Assembly: GCA_038207085.1 (NCBI GenBank) | Contig: JBBRAE010000004.1 | Location: 96,001 to 160,000, forward strand | Origin: Armatimonadota bacterium | Lineage (GTDB): Bacteria; Armatimonadota; UBA5829; DTLH01 | DNA length: 64,000 nucleotides | Direction: 5' to 3' | In this document: positions 30,020 through 40,020 of the stretch, piece by piece | Layout: the number at the start of each line of letters is the position of its first letter | How positions within the stretch are numbered: position 1 is the stretch's first letter | Notes under the pieces: generated by a model | Seen by the model: the letters and a program-made list of their open reading frames with translations, nothing else | The model's database searches: none | What the model was told of the DNA's origin: nothing | Position numbers and translations under genes: made by a program

Positions 30020-31114
30020 ATGAAAACCGCACTCGTGCACGAGCGATTGAACGTGCTTGCCGGGTCCGAAAAGGTTCTTTTTGCGGTGCATGACATCTTC
30101 CCTGAGGCTCCGGTTTACACGGCGATTTCCGACTCAGCTCTCACAAACGCTCACCTGCCCGGAGTCGATATTCATACTTCGTTTTTGCAGAAGCTGCCGC
30201 TCGTCGCGAAACACCACCAGAAGTTTTTGCCGCTTTACATGCTCGCCTTCGAGCAGTTCGACCTGACGGGCTACGACCTTGTGATCTCAAGCAGCCACTG
30301 TGCGGCCAAAGCCGTCATCACGCGTCCCTCGGCCTGCCACGTCTGCTACTGTCACTCACCGATGCGCTACGCCTGGGACATGCAGCACGCCTACACCAAG
30401 TATCAGGGCAGGCTGGTTCGTGGCGCGTGGGCGATGATGTCAAACTACGTGCGACTCTGGGACCTCGGTACAAGCTTCCGTGTCGACCGTTTCGTCGCCA
30501 ACTCTGCACACGTCGCGAGGCGAATACGCAAGTACTATGGCAAGCCCGCCGAGGTGATCTACCCGCCGGTCGACATCGATCGGTTTACGGTGTCAAGCAA
30601 GGTCGACGACTACTACGTTGTTCTTTCGCGTTTTGCGCCATACAAGCGGGTCGATATGGTGATCAAGGCGTTCAACAGGCTCGGCATCAGGCTCCTTGTG
30701 ATCGGAAGCGGCGAGCAGGAGTCTGAGCTAAAGAAGCTTGCTGGCAAGAACATAGAGTTTCTGGGCCACGTCCCGGACGCTGGAGTAGCTCAATATCTCT
30801 CCCGCGCTCGGGGTTCAGTCATTGCAGCCGAGGAGGATTTCGGCATCACGACCGTTGAAGGCATCGCCGCGGGCCGTCCCGTCGTCGCTTACGGGGTGGG
30901 GGGGTCAGCTGAGATCATCACCGACGGTGAAAATGGCGTGCTTTTCCACGAGCCGACCGTCGAGAGCCTTGTCGAGGCCGTTGGTCGCTGTGAGTCGCTT
31001 TCCTGGAACCCGGAGGCGATCAAACGCACGAGCGAGCGATTCGGCGCCGATGTGTTCAGGCGCGAGATGAAGTGCTTCGTCGAGCGCGCAATAGATGAGC
31101 ATCGAAGCCTGTAA
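30020..31114 (+). CDS. Glycosyltransferase family 4 (WbaZ-like)
   Basis: GGAGG RBS; ALVHE.L...AG.EKVL; SSSH..AK; CYCHSPMRYAW; EEDFGI..VE..A.GRPV.AY. Confidence 0.92.
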   Translation: MKTALVHERLNVLAGSEKVLFAVHDIFPEAPVYTAISDSALTNAHLPGVDIHTSFLQKLPLVAKHHQKFLPLYMLAFEQFDLTGYDLVISSSHCAAKAVITRPSACHVCYCHSPMRYAWDMQHAYTKYQGRLVRGAWAMMSNYVRLWDLGTSFRVDRFVANSAHVARRIRKYYGKPAEVIYPPVDIDRFTVSSKVDDYYVVLSRFAPYKRVDMVIKAFNRLGIRLLVIGSGEQESELKKLAGKNIEFLGHVPDAGVAQYLSRARGSVIAAEEDFGITTVEGIAAGRPVVAYGVGGSAEIITDGENGVLFHEPTVESLVEAVGRCESLSWNPEAIKRTSERFGADVFRREMKCFVERAIDEHRSL

Positions 31115-31298
31115 TAGGCTTACGGATTATGTTTGGTCAAATCAATTAGAGGATAATACCTAGCAGACGCTTACCTTGTCATGATGTAAGCGGACCGCCA
31201 TAGAGTCGGTTCGCATCTTACACATCAAGCAGGTCTTGAGGGTGTTGACGCGTAAAGTGAATAGGCGCGGGTACCCTGCGGTAAAGTGGCATCGTTCA

Positions 31299-31379
31299 CT
31301 AACCCGCATTATTCACGAGTGGCGTGAATAATGCTCTGTTAGTGAAAGCTTTATTCGTGAAGCGAATAAAGCGGGCTAA
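31299..31379 (-). repeat. Family F element, copy 2 (reverse orientation, CTAA ends)
   Basis: Same two hairpins in reverse order. Confidence 0.85.
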
Positions 31380-31406
31380 TTGATAGTTCACCGGAGGAGA
31401 CTAGCA

Positions 31407-32126
31407 ATGAAGGAACGGGAACGGTACGATCTTCTGAAGCGGTGGCTTGACGTTGTGGGGGCTGCCCTGTCGTTGGTCGTGACTACGCCGTTGTTGGTTT
31501 TGGCGGCAATCCTGATAAAAAAAGATGGTGGGCCTGTCTTGTTTAGACAGCAGAGGCTAGGGCGGAACGGAGTCGCGTTCACGCTCTTTAAGCTGCGTAC
31601 TATGGTTCCTGACGCCCACCGCATGGAAACCGACATCAAACGCGAGCAGTCGAGCGATGGCAGTTACGGCGTGTGCGGTGAGTATTCGGACCCCCGCGTC
31701 ACCCGCATCGGTTGTCTTTTGCGACTTTTGAATATCGATGAACTCCCTCAGCTGCTGAACGTCATCTTGGGTGATATGAGCATGGTCGGCCCCCGCCCCG
31801 TGCCGTTACTGGAAAGCCTGCTCTACGGCCAGAGCCGCGAGGAGGTATACTCCGTGCGCCCAGGGATCACCGGCCACTGGCAGGTGAACCGTCGCATGTC
31901 CACCGGTTACGACGAGCGGGTAGGCATGGACCTGTTTTACGCCCGAAACAGGTCGCTTCTCTTCGACCTGAAGATATTCCTTCAGACACCGATCTCTATG
32001 CTCACAAGCGATTACAACAGCTGCACCAAGCCGCTCCCTCCGCTAGCCGAGGGGATAGTCGTCTCCGACAGAAACCTCGTCGCCGCCTCACGTGAGCGCC
32101 TCGAAGAGCCAGCGTCGCGCAACTGA
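31407..32126 (+). CDS. Priming sugar (phosphoglycosyl) transferase
   Basis: GGAGG RBS; KRWLD; F.Q.RLG.NG..F...KLRTM; DPRVTRIG..LR...IDELPQL.NV..GDMS.VGPRP; PGITG.WQV. Confidence 0.93.
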   Translation: MKERERYDLLKRWLDVVGAALSLVVTTPLLVLAAILIKKDGGPVLFRQQRLGRNGVAFTLFKLRTMVPDAHRMETDIKREQSSDGSYGVCGEYSDPRVTRIGCLLRLLNIDELPQLLNVILGDMSMVGPRPVPLLESLLYGQSREEVYSVRPGITGHWQVNRRMSTGYDERVGMDLFYARNRSLLFDLKIFLQTPISMLTSDYNSCTKPLPPLAEGIVVSDRNLVAASRERLEEPASRN

Positions 32127-32296
32127 TTGCATCTACCTCTCTGTTGGTCGAGGGAATCTGTCCCCCGACCTTGTTCCGCGGAGTCCGTCCGCCCGGACAA
32201 CCAAGGATATCGGCACTGCTTTGTAGAATACTGATTCGTCGCTCCCGCTGATAGTAGCGGAAATACACTTTCCCGGCCCAACTACCAGTTTTGTTG

Positions 32297-32325
32297 TTGC
32301 CGCAACCTCATCTTCATGGCATAAT
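32297..32325 (+). promoter_or_regulatory. Possible sigma70 promoter of the rml genes
   Basis: TTGCCG-17bp-CATAAT, with an extended TG. Confidence 0.4.
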
Positions 32326-32390
32326 AGCAGTAGTTTCACATCTGTGACACCGGCACACCTGAGTTTTTATGCTGTGCCTTGGAGGAGCCA

Positions 32391-33455
32391 ATGAAGGCAC
32401 TTGTCTTAAGCGGAGGACGCGCCACCCGGCTGCGCCCGATCACCCATACCAGCGCAAAGCAGCTCGTTCCTGTGGCGAACAAGCCTATTCTCTTCTATGC
32501 TATCGAGGCGATTCGCGATGCGGGGATTACCGACATCGGGATCATCGTCGGGCATACCGCCGAAGAGGTTATGGCAGCCTGCGGGAACGGCGATCGCTGG
32601 GGGGTGAAAATTACCTACATCCCTCAGGACGCGCCGAAGGGTCTTGCACACGCGGTCAAGATCGCTGAGCCGTTTATCGGGGATGATAAGTTCGTGATGT
32701 TCCTTGGAGACAACCTCATACGCGAAGGAGTCGCAGGGGTCGTCAAGCGGTTCGTCGAGGACGGCGCAAACGCCCACATCATGCTCGCGCAGGTCAAAAA
32801 CCCCCAGGACTTCGGCGTGGCCGAGCTTGACGGGGAACAGGTGCTGCGGCTGGTTGAGAAACCCAAGGAGCCCAAGAGCGACCTTGCTCTCGTCGGTGTA
32901 TATCTCTTCGACAAGAACATCTTTACGGCAGTCAACTCGATCAAGCCCTCGGCGCGTGGCGAGCTTGAGATCACCGATGCGATCCAGTATTTGATCGAGC
33001 ATGGCTACAACGTCCGCTGGCACAAGATTACGGGCTGGTGGAAGGACACGGGCAAGCTTGAGGATATGCTCGAAGCCAATCGCCTTGTCCTTGAGACGAT
33101 CGAGGCCAGAATCGACGGCGAGGTCGACGATTCTTCCGCGATTTATGGAAGAGTAGTAATTGAAGAGGGCGCGAAGGTCACCAACAGCGTGATAAGGGGC
33201 CCTGCGATCATCGGCACGGGCTGCGAGATATCAAACGCCTATATCGGGCCGTTTACCGCAGTCTACAACCGCTGCAAGATCATCGGGAGCGAGGTCGAGC
33301 ACAGCATTATCCTTGAGGACAGCTGCGTGCGCGACATCGGCGCGAGGATCGAGGACAGTCTGATCGGCAAGAACGTGATGGTCGCCAAAGACGACGGACG
33401 GCCTCGGGCTTATAGGCTTATGCTCGGGGACAACAGTGATGTGAGGGTTATATGA
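32391..33455 (+). CDS. rfbA: Glucose-1-phosphate thymidylyltransferase (long form)
   Basis: LSGG..TRLRPIT.T.AKQL.PVANKP; KPSARGELEITDA; WWKDTG; hexapeptide-repeat tail. Confidence 0.93.
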   Translation: MKALVLSGGRATRLRPITHTSAKQLVPVANKPILFYAIEAIRDAGITDIGIIVGHTAEEVMAACGNGDRWGVKITYIPQDAPKGLAHAVKIAEPFIGDDKFVMFLGDNLIREGVAGVVKRFVEDGANAHIMLAQVKNPQDFGVAELDGEQVLRLVEKPKEPKSDLALVGVYLFDKNIFTAVNSIKPSARGELEITDAIQYLIEHGYNVRWHKITGWWKDTGKLEDMLEANRLVLETIEARIDGEVDDSSAIYGRVVIEEGAKVTNSVIRGPAIIGTGCEISNAYIGPFTAVYNRCKIIGSEVEHSIILEDSCVRDIGARIEDSLIGKNVMVAKDDGRPRAYRLMLGDNSDVRVI

Positions 33456-33907
33456 TCGACGGTGTAGTAGTAAAGCAGTTGAAGCGCCACGCGGACGAGC
33501 GCGGCTACCTGATGGAGATGCTCCGGGAGGACGACGACGTTTTCGACCATTTTGGTCAGACCTACGTTTCGATGAACTATCCCGAAGTGATCCGCGCCTG
33601 GCACTATCACAAGCTGCAGATCGACATTTGGGTGTGCATCAAGGGTATGATCAAAGTCGGCTTGTACGACGCCCGCGAGAACTCTCCCACCAAGGGTGAA
33701 TCCCAGGTGGTCTGCATGGGCGACAACAACCCCGTGCTTCTCAAGATCCCGGTCGGGGTCTATCACGGGTATAAGACGGTCGGCGTCGAGCCGAGCTATC
33801 TCGTCAACTTCCCGACCCGGGCCTACAACCGAGCCGAGCCCGACGAGTACCGAGCGCCCTACGACGACCCGAACATACCCTTTAATTGGGATATAGAGTT
33901 TACGTAG
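33452..33907 (+). CDS. rfbC: dTDP-4-dehydrorhamnose 3,5-epimerase family
   Basis: DERGYL.E; RAWHYH; D.R..SPT; IP.GV.HG. Confidence 0.88.
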   Translation: MIDGVVVKQLKRHADERGYLMEMLREDDDVFDHFGQTYVSMNYPEVIRAWHYHKLQIDIWVCIKGMIKVGLYDARENSPTKGESQVVCMGDNNPVLLKIPVGVYHGYKTVGVEPSYLVNFPTRAYNRAEPDEYRAPYDDPNIPFNWDIEFT

Positions 33908-33956
33908 CGACATTTTAGCTATTAGCTAATTGCTAACAGCTCCCACGGAGTGGTTC

Positions 33957-34961
33957 ATGCGAAAAATACTTGTCACCGGCGGAGCCGGGTTTATTGGAAG
34001 CAACTACGTCAGGATGGCCCTGAGTAAGTATCCCGACTATGAGATCGTGGTGCTTGACGCTATGACGTATGCGGGGAATATGGAAAACCTCGCCGACTGC
34101 ATGGGCCCGCGTATGAAGTTCATCGAAGGCGACATCCGCGACCCCGAGGCCGTCGCTTTGGCAATGGCAGAGGTAGACGCCGTCGTCAACTTCGCGGCTG
34201 AGTCATTTGTCGACCGCTCCATTCTTGAGCCCGACTCGTTCATCACGACCGACGTTCTCGGCACGCATGTCCTCCTTGAGGCCGCGAAGAAGCGTGGCGT
34301 CGAGCGGTTTGTCCACATCTCGACCGACGAGGTTTACGGCGACGTTCCCATCGGCTGTTCCCCAGAGACCGCGCCGATCCTCCCGAACAGTCCGTACTCG
34401 GCAAGCAAGGCCGGCGGCGAACTACTCGCCCGAAGCTACTTCGTCACCTACGGACTTCCGGTGATGATCACCCGCGGGTCGAACACCTACGGGCCGTATC
34501 AGCACCCAGAGAAGCTGATCCCGCTATTCATATCGAACGCGATCGATGACAAACAGCTTCCGATGTATGGTGACGGCTCGCAGGTCCGCGACTGGCTGCA
34601 CGTCTTGGATCACTGCTCCGGCGTCGACCTCGTCCTTCACAAGGGCGAGCCCGGCGAGGCCTACAACGTCGGCGGCGGCAACGAGCGCACCAACAAGCAG
34701 GTGACCGAGCTTATTCTGAAATACACGGGCAAAGGTGACAACCTGATCAAGCACGTGGCTGATCGTCCCGGACACGACCGCCGATACTGCATCGACACTA
34801 CCAAGCTTCGAAGTTTGGGCTGGACGACCGGGCCTGAGTTCGAGGAAGGCTTGAAAGAGACCGTCGAGTGGTATACGGCGCACGAGTCCTGGTGGCGCAA
34901 GCTGAAAGACCAGAAAGAATACAAACGGTTCTCGGAGGCGTGGTACGACAAGCGCAAATAG
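33957..34961 (+). CDS. rfbB: dTDP-glucose 4,6-dehydratase
   Basis: VTGGAGFIGSN; TYAGN; NFAAES.VDRSI; STDEVYG; PYSASK; DRPGHDRRY. Confidence 0.95.
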   Translation: MRKILVTGGAGFIGSNYVRMALSKYPDYEIVVLDAMTYAGNMENLADCMGPRMKFIEGDIRDPEAVALAMAEVDAVVNFAAESFVDRSILEPDSFITTDVLGTHVLLEAAKKRGVERFVHISTDEVYGDVPIGCSPETAPILPNSPYSASKAGGELLARSYFVTYGLPVMITRGSNTYGPYQHPEKLIPLFISNAIDDKQLPMYGDGSQVRDWLHVLDHCSGVDLVLHKGEPGEAYNVGGGNERTNKQVTELILKYTGKGDNLIKHVADRPGHDRRYCIDTTKLRSLGWTTGPEFEEGLKETVEWYTAHESWWRKLKDQKEYKRFSEAWYDKRK

Positions 34962-35031
34962 GCCGACTGAACCTGGTAACATCGAAAACATCGGAGCGGG
35001 CGCGGCGGAGAGTCGCGACCCGCTCCTTGGC

Positions 35032-35829
35032 ATGTTTCTGTCCTTCGGCTACAGGATGCCGCTCGCAGACCGTGCCCGGCTCGTCCGCGCGGCGGGCTTC
35101 GACACGGCTATGGCATGGTGGGGGCCGGAGGACGAGCTCTTCCGCACGGGCAGGCGGGCGATGATCCCCGAGGTCGTGCAGGGGGCCGGGCTTTTCCTCG
35201 AAAACGTGCACGTCCCGTTCGACACCTGCAACGACCTCTGGAGCGAAGACAAGTCAGTTCGTGAAGCGATCATCGGGCAGTACACGGAGTGGCTCGACGA
35301 CTGCGCGCGCTTTGCGATACCGGCGATGGTGATCCATGTCACCAAAGGCCGCCCCTCTCCACCGAACAGCTTCGGGATAGAGAGCGTGACACGAATTATC
35401 GAGGCTGCCGAGGAGCGCGGGGTAGTCGTTGCCGTCGAGAACACTCGAAGTATCGAGCACCTGCGCCTTGTCTTCTCAGAGATCGACTCGCCGAGTCTCG
35501 GCTTTTGCTACGACTCTTCTCACGACCGACTACACAGCCCGGAGATGACGCTCCCGCTTCGTGAGTTCGGCGCGAGGCTTGTCGCGACGCACTTCTCCGA
35601 TAACGACGGAAGCGTCGACCACCACTGGCTCCCAGGGGAGGGTGTAATCGACTGGGAGACAGTCGCCGCTTCTTTTCCCGTAGACTATACGGGCTCTATC
35701 TGCCTTGAGGCGTTTTCTCGGCGCAAGACCGGGAGGCCCGGCGCGGAGGAATTTCTAGCCACTGCGTATGAGAAGGCATTGTGGTTGAGTGAAAAACTTG
35801 TAAGGATTGGTCAGGATGAGGTTAGATAA
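35032..35829 (+). CDS. Sugar phosphate isomerase/epimerase (TIM barrel) family
   Basis: ENVH.P; AVEN; FCYDSSH; HFSDN....D.H.LPG.G.IDW; LE. Confidence 0.85.
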   Translation: MFLSFGYRMPLADRARLVRAAGFDTAMAWWGPEDELFRTGRRAMIPEVVQGAGLFLENVHVPFDTCNDLWSEDKSVREAIIGQYTEWLDDCARFAIPAMVIHVTKGRPSPPNSFGIESVTRIIEAAEERGVVVAVENTRSIEHLRLVFSEIDSPSLGFCYDSSHDRLHSPEMTLPLREFGARLVATHFSDNDGSVDHHWLPGEGVIDWETVAASFPVDYTGSICLEAFSRRKTGRPGAEEFLATAYEKALWLSEKLVRIGQDEVR

Positions 35830-36679
35830 TCAGACGGGACGGCTGGCGGTCGTTTCCAAGAACGTGGCGGCTCTGTTTGCCGAGCCGAGCTCCAAGTCGG
35901 AGGTCGTCACCCAGGGGATTTTAGGTCAGCCTGCGTGGATCGAAGGCGGCGAGGGCGATTTCTTCCACGTGCGCACCTGGGACGGCTATCGCGGCTGGGC
36001 CGACGCGCGACACGTCATCTCGCGCACTTACACCACCCCTTACGCGAGCGGGCGCGCTGTAGCGGTCGTCAAGCCACTCTTTTCTGACATCTACCCGGCT
36101 GACGACACCGCCTCTGAGATCATCACCAAGGCTGTAGTCTCGACTGAGCTTGAGGTGACCAAAACCTCGCTTGGCTGGGTGCGGGTTGCTCTCCCCGATG
36201 GCCGCGAGGGTTATATCCCAGACAGCGACGTTCGCCTGGTCGACCGCACAGCCTCCATCGTCATATTCCCGCCTTCGGGTGAAAAGCTCATCGCTACGGC
36301 TAGGTTATTCATCGGCGTGCCGTATCTTTGGGGTGGGACGACGCCATTTGGCATCGACTGCTCTGGGTTCGTGCAGCTTGTCTATCATATCAGAAACGTC
36401 ACCCTTCCCCGCGACGCCTGGATGCAGGCCGAAGACGAGCGCGTATTCCCCGTGGAACGCGAAGACTTTCGATCGGGCGACATGATGTTCTTTGCAAGCG
36501 GCAAGGACACCTCAAAGATCACCCACGTAGGCCTTGCGATGGGCGACGGGCGGTTCATCCACTCCAGCGGCGGCGCAGGCGTCGGCATCACCGACGTAGA
36601 CGACCCATACTACACCAAAATCTACTGGGGCGCGCGCCGTATTCGCTTCGAAACTTGGGAGTCTGGCTACGGCATGTAG
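35816..36679 (+). CDS. SH3 + NlpC/P60 peptidase (YkfC / dipeptidyl-peptidase VI-like)
   Basis: PYLWGG....GIDCSGFVQ; LPRDA..Q; HVG; FIHS; no signal peptide. Confidence 0.9.
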   Translation: MRLDNQTGRLAVVSKNVAALFAEPSSKSEVVTQGILGQPAWIEGGEGDFFHVRTWDGYRGWADARHVISRTYTTPYASGRAVAVVKPLFSDIYPADDTASEIITKAVVSTELEVTKTSLGWVRVALPDGREGYIPDSDVRLVDRTASIVIFPPSGEKLIATARLFIGVPYLWGGTTPFGIDCSGFVQLVYHIRNVTLPRDAWMQAEDERVFPVEREDFRSGDMMFFASGKDTSKITHVGLAMGDGRFIHSSGGAGVGITDVDDPYYTKIYWGARRIRFETWESGYGM

Positions 36680-36688
36680 GCTTATTTT

Positions 36689-36718
36689 GGGAGAGGCGAT
36701 CCCCCTATCGCCTCCCCG
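36689..36718. terminator. Hairpin between convergent genes
   Basis: GGGAGAGGCGAT-loop-ATCGCCTCCCC. Confidence 0.5.
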
Positions 36719-36729
36719 CTAGAGACAGT

Positions 36730-37326
36730 CTAATGCTGCAGCGCCCCTCTGAACTGTGTCGTAACTCCGCGCAGCTCGAAGCCGAGCACGATCATCGAGA
36801 AGCCGAAGACCATTGCATAGAAACCTATCAGCCAAACAAGCGCGAGCACCCCGGCGGCGGGGTAGGAGAGGAGCATGATCCCAAAGATCACGCTGATCAC
36901 TCCGCTGATCCCCCAAAGCCACTTCGGACCCGCTTCGCTTGGCATCGAGAACGCGCTGATCACGTGAAGAATCCCGACCACGATCGCCCAAACGGCGATA
37001 ACCGTGAGGAGGGCAAGTGTAGTAGTGCCGGGCATGCTAAACGCAATGATTCCAGCCGCGATTCCGGCAAGCCCGATCAATAGCAGCCACAGCCAGTGCT
37101 GCCTGCCTTCGGTCGTGGCAAACGCTGTGATGATCGCCAGAACACCGTCGGCCAGAGCGTACACTCCAAAGAGTGTGAGCAGGATAATCAGACTGATACC
37201 TGGCCAGAAGATCGCCATCAGCCCGAACAATACAGCAACAATACCTCTAAGCACCAAGCCCCACCAGTTAAGCTTCCACCCCCGGGCGGGGTCACCGCGA
37301 GCGACATCCATATCCATCTGAGTCAC
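36730..37326 (-). CDS. HdeD / DUF308 family membrane protein
   Basis: NWW...LRGI.AVLFG..A..WPG; about six TM segments; GAGG RBS. Confidence 0.9.
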   Translation of the reverse strand: MTQMDMDVARGDPARGWKLNWWGLVLRGIVAVLFGLMAIFWPGISLIILLTLFGVYALADGVLAIITAFATTEGRQHWLWLLLIGLAGIAAGIIAFSMPGTTTLALLTVIAVWAIVVGILHVISAFSMPSEAGPKWLWGISGVISVIFGIMLLSYPAAGVLALVWLIGFYAMVFGFSMIVLGFELRGVTTQFRGALQH

Positions 37327-37398
37327 CTCATGACTTCAACGTCAGCGATTTCGCCGACCGTCCAGTAGTTTTATACCCGCCAGAACGCAAAGACAAAA

Positions 37399-38568
37399 TC
37401 AGGCTTTTTTCGTTACCGCTTCGACCGTCTTTCTCGCGAACCTCTCAGCGAATCGCTTCACTCTGGTCTTGTCCCGGTAGGCCCCGAACGGTTCAGAGTG
37501 CTTGAGATCGGTCAGGACACCTCCTACCATATCCTCTGCTTTCTGTCGATCCATGCAGGTCTCTGCGAATGCGTGACAGTAGCCGCAGGACTTGCAGTCG
37601 CCCAGGCAGTGATTGGGGTCTTCATAGAACGGCGTAAGAAAGCCGTCGAGCTTGTGATTGTCCATAAATGGCCTGAATGTGTCGGCCAATCTGCGCTGGT
37701 CGAACAGTTCGAGCAGGTCGTAGAGGTTGCCGTCGAAGCTGCGGCTCATATAGGCGTCGACCGTTCGCACGGGGTCGCCGAAAGCCACTGCCTGCCTTCC
37801 CTGGAGCTTAAATCTGCTCACTCCTGCGTTTTGGTAGAGATCCTGGTCCTCTGGGCGCGTCCAGTTGAGCTTGAGAATGTGGTCCCATTCCGAGGCTTTC
37901 TGCCCCCTGCATCTCGCAGTGAAGAAGAACCTGATGTCCTGCTCCCCAAACGAGTAGTGCGACTCGTGGTTGTAGTGGAACATCTTTATCGGGCAGTTCA
38001 TATCACATGCGCTGTTTGCGATCATCTCGACCCCGTCGCCAAAGGCTTCACATATCTGTCTGATGCGCCTGAAGTCTCGGGTGATGTCCTCGTCTATCAC
38101 GATTCGTTCCACGCCGAGGCGCTTGAAGTATTCGGCTTTGTAGGCTGAGTTGATCTGGCAGATCGTAGAAACTTTGATAGTGAAACCTAACCCCGATTCC
38201 CGCACGATCGCCATCATCTGCGGGAGACTGATCGTCAAATGCCGCACACCGATGCTCCAGAGCGTCGCAAGTTGCCGGTTGATCCGCGCGAGCCCTTCTC
38301 TGGTGAACTCGATGTTGCCGAGGCAGCTTGCGTTGAAGGTGTAGTTGAAGTCGATCCCTCTCTCCGCGCAGCAGGCGATATATTCCCCGAGCCCTTTAAG
38401 GCCGACTCCTGGAATCGACCTTGCGTTGCGCCCTGAGCTGAACGTCGAGTCGATCGACACGCACCCGTAAGTCTCGCCGACCACCGCGTCGCTGTGTTTA
38501 TGGTTTAGCTCGACGTACGCGTCGATAGTCTCGTTCTTGAAATCCGCCGGAACGCTGAAAACTCTCAT
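37399..38568 (-). CDS. U32 'peptidase' family Fe-S protein, paralogue 2
   Basis: ETYG; FNYTFNASCLGN; KVSTI; DEDITRDF; C...CP; WTRPED; FKLQGR; C-terminal C...C..C..C. Confidence 0.85.
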   Translation of the reverse strand: MRVFSVPADFKNETIDAYVELNHKHSDAVVGETYGCVSIDSTFSSGRNARSIPGVGLKGLGEYIACCAERGIDFNYTFNASCLGNIEFTREGLARINRQLATLWSIGVRHLTISLPQMMAIVRESGLGFTIKVSTICQINSAYKAEYFKRLGVERIVIDEDITRDFRRIRQICEAFGDGVEMIANSACDMNCPIKMFHYNHESHYSFGEQDIRFFFTARCRGQKASEWDHILKLNWTRPEDQDLYQNAGVSRFKLQGRQAVAFGDPVRTVDAYMSRSFDGNLYDLLELFDQRRLADTFRPFMDNHKLDGFLTPFYEDPNHCLGDCKSCGYCHAFAETCMDRQKAEDMVGGVLTDLKHSEPFGAYRDKTRVKRFAERFARKTVEAVTKKA

Positions 38569-38580
38569 TCCCCCGTCTCC

Positions 38581-38661
38581 CTAGCCCGCTTTATTCGTGA
38601 AGCGAATAAAGCTCTCGCTAGCAAAGCATTATTCACGCTCCTCGTGAATAATGCAGGCTAG
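38581..38661 (+). repeat. Family F element, copy 3
   Basis: CTAG...CTAG; the right CTAG supplies the TAG stop of 38658-39770(-). Confidence 0.9.
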
Positions 38662-39770
38662 TCGTCTGATTTTGTCTGCATGGTTTTGAACGGGTCGCGG
38701 GCCTCGTAGTACCCACGTACGCGTTCCAGCATCTCTTTTGACTTCTCCTTGCCGATTGCACCCTCGGCGTAGGCCTCGCAGTGCCCGCACCTCTCGCAGT
38801 CGCTGGTGCAGTGGTTTGGGTTGTAGAAGAACGGCTCAAGGAAACCGTCGAGCGCTCGGTTGTCGATCACCGGCTGGTATGGGTCCTCAGTTCGCGAGTC
38901 GAACATGGAAAGCAATTGCCACAGGTCGCCGTCAAAATGCCCTGTCATGTATGCTTCGAGTGTGCGGGCGGGGTCGCGCCAGCTTATCCCCTGCCTGCCC
39001 TGGAGTTTGAACCGATGCACGCCGCAGGCTTCGTAGTAGCCGAGGTCCTCGGGACGAGTCCAGTTGATCCTGAGGGGGTTCGCCCAGTGGTCGGACTTCT
39101 GCATAGCGCAGCGCTGACCAAAGAAGTTCGGCAGGTCCTCTTTGACCGACGAGGCGTGCGATTCCCTGTTGTAGTGGAACATCTTCAGTGGGCAGTCGCG
39201 CACGCACATGCTGTTTGCGATCATCTCGACCCCCTCACCAAAGGCTTCCGTGATCTGCCTGATGCGCCTGAAGTCTCGGGTGATGTCCTCGTCTATCACG
39301 ATTCGGTCCACGCCGAGGCGCTTGAAGTACTCGGCTTTGTAGGCTGAGTTGATCTGGCAGATCGTCGAAACTTTGATAGTGAACCCCAATCCTGAGTTCT
39401 GCGCGATGGTCATCATCTGCGGCAGGCTGATCGTGAGGTGTCGCACGCCGACCCCCCAGAGTGTCCCGAGCAGCTCGTTTATCTCCCCGAGCCCGCGCTC
39501 GGTGAACTCGGAGTTGCCGAGGCAGCTTGCGTTGAATGTATAGTTAAAATCGATCCCTCTGTCGCGGCAGTAGGAGATATACTCCCTGAGCCGCTCGATG
39601 TTCATAGGTGGGATAGACCTCGGAGGCCTTCCCGAGTAAGCCGGGAGCCCGACAGTCGCGTTGCCGTAGGTTTCCACGACGACGGACGAGTCTGTGTATC
39701 TCTTGTTCAACTCCGCATAGCGGTCGATAGTCTCGGTGCGAAAGTCCGCGGGGACGCTGAATAGCTTCAT
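38658..39770 (-). CDS. U32 'peptidase' family Fe-S protein, paralogue 1
   Basis: Same motifs as its neighbour; AGGAG RBS. Confidence 0.85.
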   Translation of the reverse strand: MKLFSVPADFRTETIDRYAELNKRYTDSSVVVETYGNATVGLPAYSGRPPRSIPPMNIERLREYISYCRDRGIDFNYTFNASCLGNSEFTERGLGEINELLGTLWGVGVRHLTISLPQMMTIAQNSGLGFTIKVSTICQINSAYKAEYFKRLGVDRIVIDEDITRDFRRIRQITEAFGEGVEMIANSMCVRDCPLKMFHYNRESHASSVKEDLPNFFGQRCAMQKSDHWANPLRINWTRPEDLGYYEACGVHRFKLQGRQGISWRDPARTLEAYMTGHFDGDLWQLLSMFDSRTEDPYQPVIDNRALDGFLEPFFYNPNHCTSDCERCGHCEAYAEGAIGKEKSKEMLERVRGYYEARDPFKTMQTKSDD

Positions 39771-40020
39771 CCTTGAGTCTCCTGTGGGTGAATAAACGAT
39801 GCGTTTATACTCACGAAGAGGGATTGCTAAACCTTGTCGAGTTCGTCTGGACAGTATTACATATTCCTCTCTTTTCGTCCTTAATCGCGGAGACGCGCGT
39901 CTTTCTGATTGTTGTTAGGTGATGGGGTGGTATAGCTTCCGGTGGCTGTAGTACGCCCTTTGATCTGTGTATCGCACCCTTCGAGAGCCTCAGGGTGAGG
40001 GGTTGGTTTGGGTAAAGTTA

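Noticed and set aside
35816..36679. NlpC/P60 as the SteAB-regulated septal hydrolase
   Set aside because: It has no signal peptide or coiled coil; the architecture fits cytoplasmic YkfC-type peptide recycling.
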